Source: Octopus sinensis
Lineage: Eukaryota
Assembly (NCBI RefSeq): GCF_006345805.1
Contig: NC_043010.1
Location: forward strand, 22,072,001 to 22,136,000
Length of the DNA stretch: 64,000 nucleotides
Direction of reading: 5' to 3'
Position 1 is the stretch's first letter. Every line of letters starts with the position of its first letter. The notes below the pieces were generated by a model, which did not search any database, had not been told where the DNA came from, and saw nothing but the letters and a program-made list of their open reading frames with translations. Shown piece after piece: positions 61,450 to 64,000 of the stretch. A program made the position numbers and the translations under genes.

Positions 61450-61833
61450 TACTAGCAGTATCGCCCGGCGTTGCTCGAATTTGTTTTCTTTTCGACCCTT
61501 TAGAATTGGAATTTTGAAAAGTAAAAATTTTGCATTATTTAGCTTGTTATTCTCTTTAAGTGGAAAATTTTTCTGGTTGAAATAAACCGAAAAATGGCGA
61601 CACAGCAGTCAAAAAATCGTAAAAAATAGGGATTTTCATAGAAAATTTTGATATAAATAATTTTTGGTGTTAACATGGTCCGATTTGAATTTTATCTTCT
61701 ACGGAATGAAGAGCAAGCCTTCTTCTGTCTTACTCTCAATTTTGGTCAAGTTGCACCGCAGGGTCTCGAAGGAGATAGTGTTAGTTGAAGGCTACCAAAC
61801 GTGCCACACAGAGACATTTTTATATATATAGAT
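61450..61833 (+). mobile_element. Non-autonomous Helentron-associated element (HINE/DINE/Lep1-like)
   Basis: 5' tactagcagtatcgcccggcgttgctcg hairpin start; 3' acacagagacatttttatatatatagat end, the typical layout of these elements. Confidence 0.65.
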
Positions 61834-62511
61834 TTACTCCTCCCCCACCGGCAGGCAACAATATATCGTTATTTTATTAATATTAGATACCCAATGCTTC
61901 TTTGTTGAAGTCTATCCATTATGAACTATATTATATATATACTCACTTGATATAATTAACCTTTATTATCACAACTGGCTGATAACCGGTCACGTGGAAT
62001 AGCTCTATGAAGTTTGTTCCGGCTTTAATAAAACAGTGTATTACTCTGCCTTTGGTACTCGAGTACTACATTTTCCACCGCCTTTTCCACCTAAATCCTT
62101 ACTTGTGTGTGTGTAAATATGTGACTGTGTGTGAGCGTGTGTGTGTGTATACACACACACACACATATGTATATATAATTTTACTAGCAGTAACAAACAT
62201 TAATATATCATTCATTCACTGTAGGTGAATGCCTCACCTATCTCTCTCTCTCTCTTTGTCTCTTGCTCTCTCCCTCTATTTCAATCTCTCTCTTTCTCTC
62301 TCTCTTCGACCCTTTCTATTTTTCAGTCTTATGCATTCCATATACTTTCTCTTTACAGCCTATGTTTAATGTGACTCATCTTTGTTACCCTCTTGGCAAC
62401 GGATACATACTTCAGAAACTGACCACATGCAATATATATATATACGCATGCATATACCCGAATATATATATATATGTGTGTGTGTGTGTTTATGCAATAT
62501 AGATGTGAATA

Positions 62512-62576
<65 letters not shown>

Positions 62577-63303
62577 GATATGATGAAGCATAAAGTATAG
62601 TCATGTGTGCTGCATGCATGAGGCGTACGGACATGTGTGAGTTTTTGTGCATATATTTGTGGTTACGTGTGTGTATGTGTGTGTATGTTTGTGCGTGTAT
62701 AGATATAAACGAACACTCATACACATATACATGCGTACATACATTCATACAAACATATAAACATACACACATGTATGACACATGTATTCGGATGTACCCA
62801 CTCACCTTGTACCTCGTTCAATTTAGCATACAAGTGTACAATATGCTTTCATTACACACGAGATCCATATAGTCCCCGAGGGTATATATGTAATTGTCTA
62901 CACAAATGCAATTTGGTTAGTCGTACTAATCAGTTAATCTGAAGACTGCTGAGAACGAAAGGCTGTTTGCAAAAATTGGCTTTGCTTGTTCCTTTCTCTT
63001 CATTCTCCAAGACTTGCATGTTCTTTTACAAGTCTAGTTAATATGATCTTATGCGTCTTATACATTCTCAAACCCGTCCCCCTTAGGCTAGGACGAGGAA
63101 TTACAGCGCAGTATCCGCATCGGTGCACGTACAATTTTATTGGTTCTTCGCACACATGTGACTATTAGATTGATGATACAGTAGCTGCGATCGATCTCCA
63201 GATATGCTGTGTATCAAAATTCATAATGAAGTGATGTGTGGGATCTGTAGGAGAGTTAATTACATATATATATACGTTTTCAACTCACTCTTTATATATG
63301 TAA

Positions 63304-63348
<45 letters not shown>

Positions 63349-63479
63349 TTAGTATATATGTGTGTGTTTGTGCTGTGTATCGCTATGTGTATACACCTAT
63401 CTATATATGTGTCTATTATATATATATATACATATATATATATAATATATATATATATACATATATATATATGTATGTG

Positions 63480-63537
<58 letters not shown>

Positions 63538-64000
63538 TGTAGGCAGGAAGTTCTGGTATAACGATGCCAATTTGCGTAAACAAATGGGGTTCGGCGTATA
63601 TACGTACATATTCTTCGGTGCCTCTGTGTGTATATGTATGAGTATATGGATAAACACCCTCATATAGATAGATAGTTACAGGGAGAGAGAGAGAGAGAGA
63701 GAGAGTGAAAGAGAAAGTGAGATAGAAAGAGAGAGAGAGAAAGAGAGTGAAAGAGGAAGTGAGATAGAAGGAGAGAGAGAGAAGGGTAAATGCTGAGAGG
63801 GAGAGAAAGACTAAGGGGGAAATGTTGCGTGTTTGGTCAACATGTACCGATTCATGTTCCTTATGATTCAACATATTTCGATTATCCTTTCATTTTCCAG
63901 TATGTTTATGACAATGCGTTCCTCATACTCATGAATGGATATTTCATGCGAAACATCGTCATCCGTACGTAATTCAGAATGAGGCTGCGTTAACCGAACT

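Overview
AT-rich, microsatellite-dense animal genomic DNA. The SINE families and repeat composition suggest a cephalopod (Octopus-like); this is inference. No host protein-coding gene, rRNA, tRNA gene or CRISPR could be supported, and most ORF-track entries are microsatellite translations. Recognisable mobile elements: CORE-type and MetaSINE-like SINEs, a decayed CR1/L2-group LINE (8.8-10.3 kb), two Dong/R4-type RLE retrotransposons in (TAA)n (24.7-29.4 kb), Tc1 and mariner deletion derivatives, a pogo/DDE_1 transposon with a PHD finger (49.5-52.0 kb), MITEs, a Helentron-type short element, and a Penelope-like element (RT + GIY-YIG, 55.65-58.48 kb). The main unexplained signal is about 20 minimal type-I hammerhead ribozyme (HHR) motifs or relics, read by eye, in at least 8 unrelated-looking repeat families, nearly all sitting in (TA)n tracts. 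They include two young tandem arrays that look like non-LTR retrozymes: about 480 bp x 7.4 at 37.7-41.3 kb, and 363 bp x 3.4 at 59.0-60.2 kb with a U3-A8 covariant core. Both arrays have an inverted end. Several fold-back palindromes recur, two of which break at the palindromic HHR helix III. The Penelope-like ORF is interrupted only by two +1 homopolymer slips and carries its own 3' HHR, so it is a candidate source of RT/endonuclease. All folds were assigned manually; activity, expression and novelty are untested, and perfect palindromes and small indels could be assembly artefacts.
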